Assembly (NCBI GenBank): GCA_002633005.1
Contig: NMRA01000333.1
Coordinates: 124,001 to 188,000 of the forward strand
DNA length: 64,000 nucleotides
Origin: Phoronis australis
Lineage: Eukaryota > Animalia > Phoronida
Direction: 5' to 3'
The position numbers were made by a program, and so were the translations under genes. This document shows, in pieces, positions 11,590-25,800 of this stretch. The number at the start of each line of letters is the position of its first letter. Positions within the stretch are counted from its first letter, which is position 1. The notes beneath the pieces are model-generated. The model was not told where the DNA came from. It saw nothing but the letters and a program-made list of their open reading frames with translations, and searched no databases.

Positions 11590-14581
11590 GTTTAACTTCA
11601 ATATGTCCATGATAAAGATTGTGTCATAGATAACATTGCAGGCACTGATTTGCAGTTATGTATTAATGATCAACTATTTTTAGAAACTCTTCTGATGGAG
11701 ATTCGTGGTGGAACAATTTCTTTTTCTAGTTATTTGAAAAAAATAGGTGGACAGATCAGAGTCTATGTTTTAAGTCGAAACTGATAAATTGGAAAAAGCA
11801 GAAAACTTGGACACAGGCTTCATTGCCGAGAAGCGCTCTCAGTTGATTGAGCTGAGGAAACAACGACGGCATAGCAATATGATCAGGTCCAAAGCGAGAT
11901 GGATCGAGGAAGGGGGAGGGCCCCCACCCTAAATATTTCTTACATTTAGAAAATAGACATTTTACACGTAAACAGATGCCTTTGCTGTGGAAGTCAGATA
12001 ATACAAAAACAGGAAATGAGTCTGAAATTATACAGGAGACTGCTCTCTTTTATGAAAATCTCTAGAGAGCTAGGACAACTACTGATGATAACGTAGGCGA
12101 TTTTTTAGAAGAGTTAACATGTCCTAGGCTGTATGAAAATGAAAAAAAAAACTTGAAGGTCTTTTAAGCTATGAGGAAACCACCAAATGTTTGAAAAATG
12201 AAAAACAATAAGAACCCTGGCTCTGTTGGGTTTACCATTGAGTTTTTTAAATTCTTTTGGGATGATATAGGTATTTTTGTACTCCGATCTATAAATACCA
12301 GCTTCGCTGTGGGTCAACTACCATCCACTCAGAAAGAGGGTATTATTAACTGTATCCCCAAACGTGCAGACAAAAGTTAACATTTTCTTAAAAAAAACTG
12401 TCGGCCTATTTCTCTTCTCATTGTAACCTACAAAATCGCGTCTGCAGCAATTGCGGAACGCATTAAGTCTGTGCTAGAGAAAATTATTCATGAGGATCAG
12501 AGTGGCTACATCCCGGGAAGGAATTTGGCTGATAACATTCGTGTGCTATACGATCTGTTCTATTATTCCGAGAAGATCCAAATACCTGGGCTACTACTTC
12601 TTATAGATTTTGAAAAAGCCTTTGACTCGTTGTCTTGGTGTTTCATTGAAAAAGTTTTATCTTTTTTAATTTTTTGTGGTCAATTAAGAGATGGGTCAGA
12701 GTTTACTATAAAAATATCAAATAATGTGTTATTGTGACCCATTATCTCCTTAGTCTATTTGATATTTGTGCGGAAGTTTTGGCTCTCATGATCAGACACA
12801 ACAAAAATATCAATGGAATCAAAATTATAGATCGTGAGTACTTACTAACCCAACATTCTGATGACACTTGTTTTAGATGACTTAGGGATGTCTTTACGGT
12901 CTACTTTGAATTTCTAAATTTGCTCATTTCTCCGGCCTCAGGGTCAATGTTGAAAAAACAAAAGCCATTTGGTTTGGCAGCATGGCTAACAGTGTTGGAA
13001 AATCTCTCTCAGAGAACAGTTGTCATAGACCAAAACAAGTTTCATGTTCTTGGGGATTACTTTCCAAGTCAGCTTAAATGATATGGCAGGCCAGAATTAC
13101 TTGATGAAATTGAAAGATATTGAATTAATTTTGAAAAATTAGTCCAAAAGAATTTTGACGATCTTCGGGAGGATTACAGTAATCAAAGCGCTTGCGGTTT
13201 CAAAAATTGTACATCTTCTGGTATCCTTGCCACAGCCTTCGAAACATATTTCTAGAAAAACTGAACTCAATGGTTTTTAAATTCCTCTGGCAAGGTCGCA
13301 CTGACAAAATTAAGCGCTCCCGAGCTGTTTGTAATTATAACGGAGGAGGTGTTAGAATGATTAACATATTTTCATTCTGTAAGGCTTTAAGATTAACATG
13401 TTAACAAAATTATTTTGTAAACGGTCAGTCTAAGACGGGCCATTTGTTTCATTTGATTTTTCCTGAAATTAGGTATGGAGTTGACTTTCTCAAGATAAAT
13501 TTGCCTAATATTGATAATCACCTCTGGAATGTGTAATCTCCTTTGGAAATTGTTTGAAAATCAAAAGTCAGATAGATTTTCTTAACCAACCTTTATAGTT
13601 TAGCAGTGACCTGCTGGCTGAGGCAAAAAGTATTATCTACAGGAATTTGTGCCACGGAGGCACAGTCTTAAAAAGGACTTGTTTTCCCACACGGTAATAT
13701 TTCGAATTTATTGAGGATGTTTTAGGAATCAAAACGAACTTTGTGCAGTATAATAGTCTAATTTCAGTGATATTTAAGTACCAACAGAAATGTGGTATTG
13801 AAAGAGTTTTGATGCGTATTGTCCTGTTATGCCAACGATTTTAATGAAACTCAAAAGTGGTGGGAGGGGGTGTCGACATATTTGTACACACTAAATATAG
13901 TTCCGAAGTCTCAAAAGCGGAGTCAAAATGGGCCAAAGAATTGAACATAAATATAAATAATTTTTCGTGGGAGGATGTTTATTCCCTTTTATATAACTCA
14001 ACAAGAGATGCAAGAATTAGGTGGCTTTAGTTCAGAATCTTGACGAGAATTTTGACTGCTAATTCATTTTTAAAAATAATTCAAGTTACGGATGACGACT
14101 CTTGTTCCTTTTGTGGACAATCGAAAGAGACTTTGAAACATTTATTTTGGGAATGTGAAATAGTAAATTCATTCGGACAAAAGTTAATAATAAAATTTTA
14201 AACAAAGCAAATCCCCAGTGTGTCGACACTCTCCCCTGCAATTGAATGTTATCTTTGGCTTTCTTGATGAAAAGGAACATTTTAAAAACATTGTTTTATT
14301 ATTGGGTAAACAGTTTATTTATTCCCAAAAGTTCCGATCAAAAAGACTACTTCTAAGCAGACTTTTTAACTTCATCAAACAATATTATATTAGTGAAAGG
14401 TATAGTGCTCGTAAGGATTTGAATTCAGAATTTGTACAAAAAAGATGATGTAATTTTGAAATTGTTTTTCTTAGTAGTCAAGAGGATTAGATGTGAGGTG
14501 TGCGTGCATGTGTGTGTGTGTGTCTGTGTTGTCAGTTTCGTATTATTGTAAATATGCTTATTGTGAATAAATGTTAAAAAA
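11590..14581 (+). mobile_element. 5'-truncated, decayed L1/Tx1-clade LINE (ORF2 remnant)
   Basis: MKNNKNPGSVGFTIEFFKFFW, KEGIINCIPK, DQSGYIPGR, LIDFEKAFDSL, degenerate YADD (QHSDDT ~12850), zinc finger CSFCGQSKETLKHLFWEC ~14100; ends in (GT)n, AATAAA at 14566 and an A run; many stops and frameshifts. Confidence 0.92.
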
Positions 14582-15543
14582 CTGAAACCGTGAGAAGGCC
14601 AAACGTGCCTGAGAGAAGAATTTACTTTAAATTTCTCGGCTGTGGGACGCGCAGTACGTATATCAGATTAAGGCCGGGTAGGGAAAGGAACGGTTCGAAA
14701 TAATGTGTGGGAGCGGAGATGATCTCTTTGTAAGCACATAATTACACGGTGTGGGGATACTACAAAACACCAACAAGTGCCTGATGATGCTTGATCGGGG
14801 GTGACTTCAGATCCGTGAGAGAGGAATACCGTGTTTGAGAGAAGACCATTCGTACGTTGGAAATTAATCATACAAGAGCGATGCACAGGAAAGGAACTGG
14901 GCCAGTGGTCTTTGCTTTTTACATTACGGCGTTCTCCCGTTGAGTCCAGCTTGTTCGGTTGTATAACACAACAACAAGTTGAGCGGATGACCGCTGTAGC
15001 TAATATCTTAAGTCTATTCTGGCATTTAGGCCTGGAGGGTCAGCTCTGTTTTGTTTTATGATTGCTCTAATCTCCAACAAGATCTTATCTCGCCTGACTG
15101 GAATGTGCTGTTAACAATAAGTTAAGCAATAAAATGTTTGAACATAAACCAATAACATTTTTGAATTCCCCATCAAATAATAATCATGCTAATATTTTTG
15201 AATCACCAAAAATCGCCCATCACCGAAGTTAGGACAATCTATTCTGTCCGAATATACCAACGCACTGAGTTTGACTCTGATCGGCGAATAAGCCTGGTAG
15301 ATAGTGGTCCTGTCGTCATATCAGACAAAAGACTTGCTCTGCAGTTAACAAGTGAGCTAGATGTTATCACAAACTCACATTCGCTCTATAAATCCCAGAA
15401 TGCAGGAGTCCCAAATGAACTTTAAAAACCTGTTATTTATTTGTATGATCATAATGGGGTCATTTTTTCGCAGTAATTTACATTAGACCCCATTAAAAGC
15501 GACCTGGGTCATATTTTAGTATTTAGTCACGTTTTTTCCCGTG

Positions 15544-16056
15544 TGTGGATGGGCGCAGGTGGTTACCAACCGGTGCTAATAGCATTCGGTGCGACGGATA
15601 GACTGAAGACTCGTTGGAGTTAATTACTTTATTAACCACGACCGTACGTTCAGAAGCCTACTCAAATAAAACGTCCGACGTAATGTCTGTTTTATGCTCC
15701 AGCCAGTGCTGCGAAGCCTTGACTTGTGATGAACTTCTGAGACACTTTCAGCAACCGTAACATTCGCTGACTCGTGAGAGAGTAGATGAGGGCGAAGCCC
15801 TCAGACAGCTTCGCGAGATCGGAGGATCTCGCCTTCTGTCCTTGCTGTGGTTGGTGTGGACGCGGATTGAGGGCAGGACCTGGTAGGCCGGTGGTGGTAG
15901 AGGTGGTGTGCTTGATCTTCTTCTGGAGACGAGACGCTGGCTGGATGGCAACAGCGTTATTGACATCGTAGAGGTGGAGCTGGCTTGATGGCAACAGCTT
16001 AGAGTTGGTTCACATGAAGCCGGCTTTCTGGCAACAGCTGTCATGCTACTGATTGC
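15544..16056 (-). repeat. LTR-like (R/U5-like) segment
   Basis: Minus-strand AATAAA ~15630, ends in CA, three internal GCTGTTGCCA..AGCC repeats, lies directly downstream of TATAAAGACAA. Confidence 0.4.
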
Positions 16057-16455
16057 TTGTCTTTATACTGCCCCGTCGGGACAGTTTTTTTTTCCTTTGT
16101 CTTTATACTGCCCCGACGCCCCTTCGGAACAGTTACCAGTAGCGCAGGGCCCGAACCCTTAGTGCTCCGGTACATGGTTGTCACGACAGTTTGGTTGTCT
16201 TTATACTGCCCCGTCGGGACAGTTTTTACCAGTTGAGCAGGGCCAGGACCCTTAAGTGCTCCTGGAATAGGTTTGTCACGGAAATGCGGCGTAACGTGGC
16301 TTCGCGGAGTGACTGCAGCCTGTCGGAGACAGTCTGCATTCCGGCGAGCTCGTGTAGTGTGTCAATTCGGCAATATCTGGGCTGGCCGAGAGCAATTCTC
16401 AGCGCCCAGTTTTGTAGTTTCTGTAGTCTTTCGATTGTGGAAGGAGCACATGCGC
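16057..16455 (-). mobile_element. 3' end of a non-LTR retrotransposon (I/Jockey/CR1-group-like) with tandemly repeated terminus
   Basis: Minus strand reads APSTIERLQKLQNWALRIALGQPRYCRIDTLHELAGMQTVSDRL..LNW*, typical of the post-RT region of LINE ORF2; GGGGCAGTATAAAGACAA terminus occurs three times. Confidence 0.75.
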
Positions 16456-16903
16456 TGACTCAAATAACCTGCTGTCTTTATATCTGGCTGTCTATTGACT
16501 CTCGCTGTAACTGTTGATTCTCTTCACTGCACACTCTACCGTAACTCCCTCAACTTAACTGTTAACTGATTTTCTCTTGAACTGATTTGTACAAACCTTG
16601 CCTTTTGGTGTAGACTAATGCAGTGTTGTAGAACTTTTCACCAATTCAAGCACGTGCCAAAACTTTCCGGAATCTACCCAAACATTCTGCACAAATATGC
16701 TAGACTCTAGCTAGAATTTTCCAGACTACATTAATCACTGTCATTCTAGAGTCTTCTAGAAAGTTCCACACTATACTGTACTAGTAAACAAATTACATCA
16801 TCACTGGACTGAACTCAGGGGTCATGCCAATCAAACAGAACAACACAACAATACAAAACAATACAAGTAAAACATTGTCTGTCTGCATTCTGACAATGTT
16901 ACA
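16456..16903 (-). repeat. LTR U3-like fragment with heat-shock-element arrays and TATA box
   Basis: Minus strand begins TGTAACA (16903); TTCtaGAGtcTTCtaGAAagTTC at 16744-16766; GAAttTTCcaGAc ~16714; minus-strand TATAAAG ~16475-16481. Confidence 0.6.
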
Positions 16904-17944
16904 AAGTTACCCGGGGGGGTCATTTTTGAATACTGAAAAGGCGAGTGGGTACCAAGCACCCGAGTGAGTGGCACGTCTCCTGGATATACTGTATTTGCTT
17001 CGAGCGTCACGAATTAAATGATAAATTTGCGCGATCTTACTGGTTTCTCTTGAAAAAAAGCGAAAAAATAAATCGCTCGCAGTGGATTGGCAAGCGTACA
17101 GCAGCACAGGCAGCTCGGTAATGGGCCAATGCCGGGTTGCTATGTTCTATTGGTTTGATATTTTTCCTATCGACCGATTGACTCTTAAAAAACGCACACA
17201 AATGCTGCATCACATGTTTTTATGTTTCTGAAAAGAACTCACATTCTTCCACCTCTTCATGTGTTAGTTATCGCGGTTTGAAAAGAACACTTTGCCCCGT
17301 TTGTTTACAGGGCTCTTAACCGTGTAACGTGACTCAGAGAAACCCTACAATACAACAAAGTGAGAAAATGGATTATGATCGAATTTTAGCCTTGTCATGC
17401 AAGTGGCATAGCAGCAACCATTTCGTTTCTGCACTGGGTAATGTTTAATAGCCGCGTGCTTGACACACATATGCGTGTACTGAATAAACACACATTTGGC
17501 CTATTTAAACGGTGTGTTATTCATACTGTATGAATACAGGACAGCAACGTGAACATACGTCAGCGACAGTAGAAATTAAGAGGCACTCCGAAAAGGCGCA
17601 CCAACAATTTTCCGGGATTCAAATTTCTTGAAGGTAAATTTTAAGCACCGATTTGTCTGTACAGCAAACCATATAGGCTAAACTTCCTCCATCAATCATG
17701 ACAGTTTGTTTGCGTAAAGCGCTACCTGTCGAGGATTCGACCAGACAATCAGAAACGCCGGTGAAAAAATTAAAGGAGAATGCTACCCCATTTAATTAGT
17801 GTTTTTTCCGCCTTAATCGGCCTATATCCACATCGCCTCTTATACGGCCGCGACCTCACCTTGCCGAGAGCTGGTGTCGCGCTAACTGTGACGAAGGTGA
17901 GAAACACGTAGCGCCGGGACGTCAGTGGTTCATCTACAGAGTGA

Positions 17945-18214
17945 ATGCCGCTTTTGCGGTGCGTCGTTCCCGCTGCGAAGAAAGCGGGTATGCCGTTTTT
18001 TCGACTTCCTCGAGAGCCCGAAATGCTTATGAAGTGGCTCGCGGTAGTGAAGAATGAAAAGTACGCTGTTAAGTATGAGGCCGTGAAACATCTCCGTGTC
18101 TGTGGCTGGCATTTCGTCGACAGTGATTTCTCTGACGAATTCCGGCTTTCCAAAGAACCACACGTACCTTCCGGTGCCAGTGCATGTTCACGGCGCCTCT
18201 CTAGTATTTCTTGA
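17945..18214 (+). pseudogene. THAP zinc-finger domain remnant, probably from a DNA transposon
   Basis: CVVP..FFRLP..KWLAVV..RVCGWHF is the THAP pattern; the second Cys is out of frame (GCTGCG) and the AVP box is missing; no transposase follows. Confidence 0.75.
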
Positions 18215-19821
18215 TCAGTGTATTCCGGTTCGAACTGATAGCCTAGCTGTGAAACCTAACCGACGGATCCGACCAGTGAAGTCTTCGGTCGGATCAGTGC
18301 TGGAGCTCTCGACTAAGTCGGGATTGGCGCCGGGCGAGTTGCCACGTAGACTTTTATTATTCAGCGTTTTGTTTCAAAATGAAATATTCTCACCTTAACC
18401 AATGCTTATATAAAACTGCAAACAAAGTCTGTCTCATTAGATACAATTTGTAATGCAATTCGGAGTGATCGTGAGTGCAAATGTCAAGCCAGCAATGAAT
18501 AAACCACTGGCTTTATACCGACTTCAGATACAATAAAGGTAATTGACCATGAACCGAGGCCGTGTGAGCGCAGTATTTGCTTACAGAAAGCTGTAGTGAA
18601 AAAATAACTCGATTTTATATGCTATGGTCACGCCTGTGTTTGGGGAATCTTTATTTGCCAGTGGATATACAAGTACACTGATTATTCAAATCGTTGCTGT
18701 AAAACCTTTGCCCTGACGGTTCTTGGAATGGCAATCTGACTTCGCGGCCCCCGGCGACAAGTAAGAAGATTTTCAGTTTCGTGGCTAATTCATCTAAATA
18801 ATTACGTGCACATTATTTCTTTGGCTCATTACTATAGTCTTTTCGTGACTGCCGGGAGGTTTAGTTTCCTTAAGCTGGTTCAGATGTTCGTGATCCCGGT
18901 GGCCGCGATGCCGGCCTGATCGGGTTCCCGGAGCCACTGGCGGGGAGTAATAAGCGTTTTGTGTGTTTAGAACTGAAAAAAATCGCAAGCCTTAGCGCTA
19001 TGTTCCTCCGTCTGTATTTCACGAAGAATGATAACAGATCCAAACTCCCGCGATCGACCCGATGCTGGTAAATTGGCCTACCCTTCTCTGTAGCTAGGCT
19101 ACGTCCAAATAGCTATAAATCCGTAGCAGTGAAATAAAACAACACGTTTGTTCAAGAACTTGATGTATTTTTAAGGGGTTTACATCGAATTTTGACTGCC
19201 GATTTCATGATTGATGTATAACGATATGAAAAGGCTGCGTTCGAACCGATTACGTTATTGGTGAATTTGAGCACCCCGTCTGTCGTTAGGTGTCAGGTAA
19301 AACAGCTGAACTTGGCTCTTATCGAGTGGAACTACTCGATCTAAATTGATATAAAATAGGTTGTCTTTTTTGGGTGGCCTGATTCTGCAGTGCTCAAGTT
19401 AAATGATACCTGTGTGCAGGGCTACCATGCAGCGAAGTTCCACTCCAGCAAAGATACTGGTGTATAATATCTTTGACTCCAGTCACACAACAGTTCCTTT
19501 AGGCCTACACAGAAATAGATTACGAACAATGCTGACCCCTAAATGTAGAAAACCGTGTTGAAGTTGAGTACGTACTATTTTAAAGACAGGAAATTACAGA
19601 TGGTAAAAGATACTTTCTTACTTTTTTTAAAAGCGTGACTTTGCGCAAATCCTAAGATAAGGGGGTGACATCTCCCCACTCGGCCTCCAATTAATGAAAA
19701 ACAAAATACAATTGTTTAGCCGGATCAAAGAAAATCTTCCGAACAGTCTGTCAGGTAAAGACGATCTTCGATAGGTGTCACTACCAACAGCTCCCCTGGC
19801 GGTGAAATCATTTATCAGAAA

Positions 19822-22800
19822 ATGGCGGATCGACGGAGGCGAAGATTATCAGAAACAGAGACTGATGACGATGAAGAGAAGGCTAATAAAAAGGATGTTG
19901 CTGTAAGTTAACTCAAAATATGCCAATAGGAGAAATTTATTTTGATACGTTGGGTAAATAAAAATTTCGGCTTTTTAGAATCCCTGAATCGCTGAGTTCA
20001 TTTTCGGGTGTGACTGGCATGCTTTTGGCTTTGCCTAAGTTTGCCTGTTTGCGTTTTACATTTAACTTTTACTTTTACTGCTTGAGCTTGATGCAAAACT
20101 AATCAGGGCTCGACATAACGAGCTGCAGGTCGCATTTTCGACCTGAAATTTGGAAATGCGAGCTGGGATTTTTGTCAGCTCGTATCAAGTCGCAAAATGC
20201 GACCTGGAATTTCCAAAGTATGCGAGCTGAGTTTTTATACGTCGGCAGATACCGGGTAAATATAAAGCAACTCTGGTTTATTCGACCGTTATTTGGTTGT
20301 TGCCAAATCCAAGTTCACTTGTAAGCAAGTCGCGTGAACATGGGATATGCAGAATCAATCTTTGACGCGTTTCACTGGCTAACATTTTCGGCCACTTTTG
20401 TAAATTTCTGTATTCGGCTAAGAAAGTTTTTCGAGTCACTGCATAACACGCGACAAAACGTGACATAACAGCGGTGTTTCTACTAACTTAAGCGGTCAAC
20501 TTACCAAACTTTGTGGTGGACAAATATGTTTATTTTTCGCGTAAGATGTCCTTATTACATACCCGACAATATCCCTGATATCGCGCACTACGGCACTGGT
20601 CGGTCCTGTTGTTAGCGAGCAAGCTTTTCCGGTAGACATTCGTGACTTAGAGATGTTCGTCTCGTTTTTTATCGCATAAAACAGCCAAAGTGAAAGGACA
20701 ACCCTATTTATCGCCAAACGACGTCCACGTCTTTACTTTCAGTTGCCAAGAAATTCTCAAAAACCTTTCTTGTTTCTGGGGCTACTTCCGCGAAATATGA
20801 TTTGTCTTTCACTCGTTGTTGCCAATGTAAGGTGTAGGCCTACTCCAGCGATTCAAGTGAGTGAAATCACGTGTGCGCACCACTTCAAAGCTGCACATCA
20901 AAAGAGAACAGCGACAGCCCTAAATGAAAGAGTATACCGGGTTGTCTATGTTAAGCACCCAGGAACTAGTGGTTTATTTGAAAATGAACTCATAGATTTC
21001 CGGCATATATAAAAGACCCGATGCTTTACGATATTCCCCGGGACCGATATAACCCAGAACTGAAATTTTTCCATGCCTATGTGTCTCGAGGTCGATGTTC
21101 CCTGAACCCTGTGTTCTATGCGCGTAGCCAACTATTGCAACTAAACCGGTACTAGATGCTAAATTGTGGTTAGAGAACTTTTCATTCTTCTCTTCATACA
21201 CCCTCAGCAACTTTTCGCTCCCCGGACAGGCGCCGTTGCCGTAAAATGTTCAGACTCCAACAGAAACAATCTTGTTCCGGTTGAAGCGGGCAATTACAAA
21301 ATTATTCCGGATGGCTAAAAAGGGTACAGTGTAGGTGGTAACGATATCCAGAAAGTCACCTCTACTAGATGGAGTCTGCCTCGCAAAATCGTATTATTAT
21401 AACGTCTCTTATCATTGCAGTCTTTTACTATATTATTACCGCAAACACTGAGGTTAACGACTATGCTCATGCACAAGCCTGCTCCCTACCTTTGAAGTGT
21501 TTCATAATAAGAGCTCACTGATCTACTAAGCGTTCCCCCTCAACTTTTGGGAATTTCCAATTAAGCGCCCACAGTTCAGGCTAGCGTCCATCATAGCACA
21601 CTGAAAACGACCGCACGTAGTTTAAATATAGTATGTCACTCTCACACATTCAGTTTTCGAAAACATCTTTTCTCATTGTGTAAAAACCAAATCCCGGCTT
21701 TGTTTTATACCTCCGAAATAAAGTTAACACTAGTGACATGCACGTCGTTTGGTGACTGACCTATTTTTCCGTACTCGATGGAAACCCGCACGGATCGAGT
21801 CCGGAATTATTTCGAGGCTATTCATTTCATGGAAAGCTAATTGCATAAGTGCCACGTTTTATTTGTGAAATTTGCACTGAATTGTTTCCGCACATCCAAA
21901 TACATCATTCGGTTAGGGCATCGTTTCACGGATTTTTTCCGAAAGATGTTTTTCAAACGTCGAGTTACAGTAAGTTGCAAAATTTGGGCTGCGAACAAAA
22001 AGTGAGGGGAATTTGAAATTCGAGTTACGTTGGATTTTTAACGACTTTGATGACAGACAGTAGCAGGTCAGACCTTGCAAAATTCTGGATACTTTTCATC
22101 GGATATTTTCTCCCTTTTCACATCACAAACTTAGCTACTCGAATGCATGCATGCCCGTAGCCAGGGGGTTCGGGGGGTTTGATCGAACCCCCCCCCCTGC
22201 GGAAAAGGTCCAGCCCCGGCCTATCTGTTAAAGATGGGATACAGACGGACAACAACAACAAAATTGTTGCAGCTACTGGCACTACTAACTACAATGACAG
22301 CTAAGACAGTAATAATTTTGAATTTAGTTCACGTAATCATCAGGCCGTACCCGGTCAACTTCGCTCATATGGTGCTTGATGATAGGATCGAGCAGACGAT
22401 TAGAGGAGGCTCTATGTTATTCATCGGCATTGAGAGACAGAAGTTAATTGGTACCCTGTTATCTAGATATGACATTTTGGTAATGCACAGGGCTCCCTCT
22501 TCAGACTTGTATAAAAGTTAAAACTAAGAGAAACCACGTGTCTACACAACCTAACCTAGAAAGGTCCTAGAAATATACACAAAGCAATATATTAGTGGGT
22601 TAATGTTTATAATCCGATTGTATTAGCGTACATACTTGATACTACTATTTTCTGAATCTTCTAATCATACTGATTCCAAAAATGTATTACTTGTACTGAT
22701 TGGTCGCTTCTTATTCATAATTTCTGAGTTTTTCCAAGGCGTTCATTTGCAACACGGATTTAGTGAGGCAGCAATTTTTAAAAGTGCGACACCTTTCAGC

Positions 22801-25800
22801 AGGATTGATAACTAACATTTAACCTAGAGTAAAGTTGATTCGATGCAGAATGTGTTTCTGTGTTCGCGTATTTTAGCTTGCCAGTGACATTAGGTATCTT
22901 GTTACCTAATTCCTCATGTTTAAAACAGTTTTTTTTTCTGAGACGACACATGTCCGCCACAACACGAGCCGAAATCATCCTCGCGAGATGTCGGGTGTTT
23001 TCGAGGACGATATTTGTCCGTCAGGACACGCACTCTCGTGTTTTTCTGAAGAAGAAGCTTTGAAGAGGCAGTCCTTTATAAATGTTTTTCACTCAGTGTT
23101 TCCTTAACGTGCCCCGCGGTATGAACATTGTTCAATTGGTGGTAGTTGTCTGGTATTGCTGCAATATGTGGTTTATTGATTTGTCCCTTACTTTAGTCAT
23201 ACTGTTCTGAATCTGATTTATGTGATATACTTGTCTGTACAGGAAAGTGAAGATGGAGAGGTGACGGGTGACTCAGACGAGTATGAGAGCGCAACTGAAG
23301 ACGGGGATGATGATGAGGATACTGAAGAAGAAGAAGAAGAGGTTGCTTATTTTTTAAATTTCAAATCTAGAGAGAGTTCTCTCATTCCTATGCATCTTGC
23401 TTCAGAACTTTATGGGAGGATGCGTTAACTTGAAGGAAGGCATGTACTGAAGATGCATGCAATCTAATGTTTTAACAGCCTTATCATGACCTGTAGAAGT
23501 TGCCATATGATATAAAGAGTGTATGTAAATTATGTGCGTACTGTGTATTCTAGGAGACCGAGACTGAGAGTGAAGGTGACGATGTCCTAGTGGAGGGAGA
23601 TGAAAGCTTTGTTGACGAGGAACGTCAGAGTGGAGATGGCGAGGTATCTGAATTTTAAATACGAAATGTTGCAGAATGTAGGCTGCATTCGCTAATAACT
23701 CTCTAAAATTGTTATTTGTTGGTGGAATGCTGTGAAACTTGCAAAGTGATATGTAGACCGATTCTTGTATAATACATTGAAGTTATGACATCATGGGTTG
23801 AGGCAGGTGCTCGCCAGATTGAGTATTCAAGACTTCAGGTGGAAAAGCGCTGTCAATGAAGCGTTTAGTTGAAATTCATACCCCTTGTTAGGCATGACTC
23901 GCATTTGACGTTTTAAACTCTAACCTTGAATAGGTATCATAAATTGCGAATGTGTGTTAATAATTCCTCAATGATCGACAATGTCAAGGTCACTGCATCG
24001 AGCGCCATGTGACACATTCAAGATTGACTTTGTTAAAAATCAAAAAACTAGTTTTGCTCATTATTTGGTATAACTGTCTTCCTGTTGTTTGTTAACGTCG
24101 TTAAAATGTACTTGTTTGCCATGAAATTTAGGATTAACTAGGTCAACAACGGGAAAGTGTCCAACTCACCGATCGATGCGTTTGGCAGTGAATGGGTATC
24201 TCGACAAATAGCTCTCTTGGCAGTGAAAGAGTTCAACATCTTATTTTTTGCTCTTTTGCATGCTTGATTGGTCTGGTCACAGTGTTGATAAGCCGCGTTA
24301 TTTCAGGAGCAGCCAGACAATTCAGCGCTGGATGATGACGAGGATAAGAAGAACCCGGCCTACATCCCGAGAAAGGGAGCGTTCTATGAGCACGACTCTC
24401 GTACTGGTGAGGAGGAGGCTGGAGACGGCAACAAGGAAGACACGTAAGCTCCCTCTGTTGGGCTAGTCTGGGATACTTCCATTGCCAAAACTTGATAGGT
24501 TATGATACAAGGTGTTTTAATGATTATGCCGCAAGGTGGCGTCATTTTTAATTTTTCTAGAACAACAGAGCTGAAATATGTTTTGTCTCAGTCTCGTGAT
24601 AAGGGGTAAGTGAGCATTATTATGGTGACACACTGCACCTGTTGTGTCCTACTTGTGACATTGGTGGAAATTCTTATACTCTGATGCAGTTGTTGCATTT
24701 ATTGGGGTGCATGAGAAATGTACTTCATGTCAGATGCGTTTCTATTTTAAGCTGTAAGCTCAAGAATGTAGTCATCTACCCGGACCTTGGAATCGCACAA
24801 ATCTCACTCTTGAATAGGTAGTCTGCCGATGACTTACAAGTTGTTTTTGCAAATGTTTGGATGCTGTTGTCTTCCGTAGTTTGCATGCCATGTTTTGGTT
24901 TAGTATGGGCATGATGTTGCGGTTCATTCATGTAATTTAGTGGTTCGTGAGAATGATTCGATGCCTGTGCATATTGGTCGGTGCCGTTGTGTAAGGAACT
25001 GCGTCTTTGTAGGACGAAGAAAAAACTGTGGAAAGAGGATATTATGAGGTGGGATCATGATAAGTATGCCGACGACTTGCAGGCTCCCAAGTCACGTGAG
25101 GAGATTGTCGCCATTTACGGCTACGACATCCGCGCGTATGACAAACCTCCCGATGCGCCACCTAGGAGGCAGAAGGAGAGGTAACGTGAAATAATTTGCT
25201 GTGGAAAAAGTGGCAGTAGTCGGATATGACCGCATTTTGAGAACCAGTTTTCTCCCCTGAATAATGGGCATCAAACTGGTTCTCAAAATGTGGACACGGT
25301 ATATCGTTAAGTGTCATCGTTGTAATGAATACAGTGCCGGACATTTTATCTTCAAACTCCGGCTCAGCTTTGCTCTTCTCGTTTCTACTTTTTCATGAAC
25401 TTTAGTCACTTAAAAACAAGTATCATAGATTTTGTGTGCGGGTCTCTTTCATGTAGTGACCGCTAGAGTCAAGCTAGAATTTCTGTTTCAAGCTTTAAAT
25501 TCGGAGCTCACACTTAAGTTGATTGCTTAAGTGCTGAGTTCACTTAGTGCAGAAGACATTGCTTGTGCAAATCGTAATGTACTCAAGCACAAAAGAAAAG
25601 ACAAATCCCAACTCCATGCTGAAGAACAGGGATAAGTTGAATAGCCCAGTGCTTTGTGCCTCGTATCAGAAATTAATTTCACTTGTAAGATTAAAAGCTT
25701 AGACAATTCTTCCAACTTCACAGGTTCATAGAATCATTGGACAATACAGTTCAAAAATATCTTGTCACACCAGAAGCCTGTTTTACTCAAATATCTCCGG

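Noticed and set aside
22600-23110. Possible hAT transposase remnant (VANERLGKL)
   Set aside because: Too short and stop-ridden to support.
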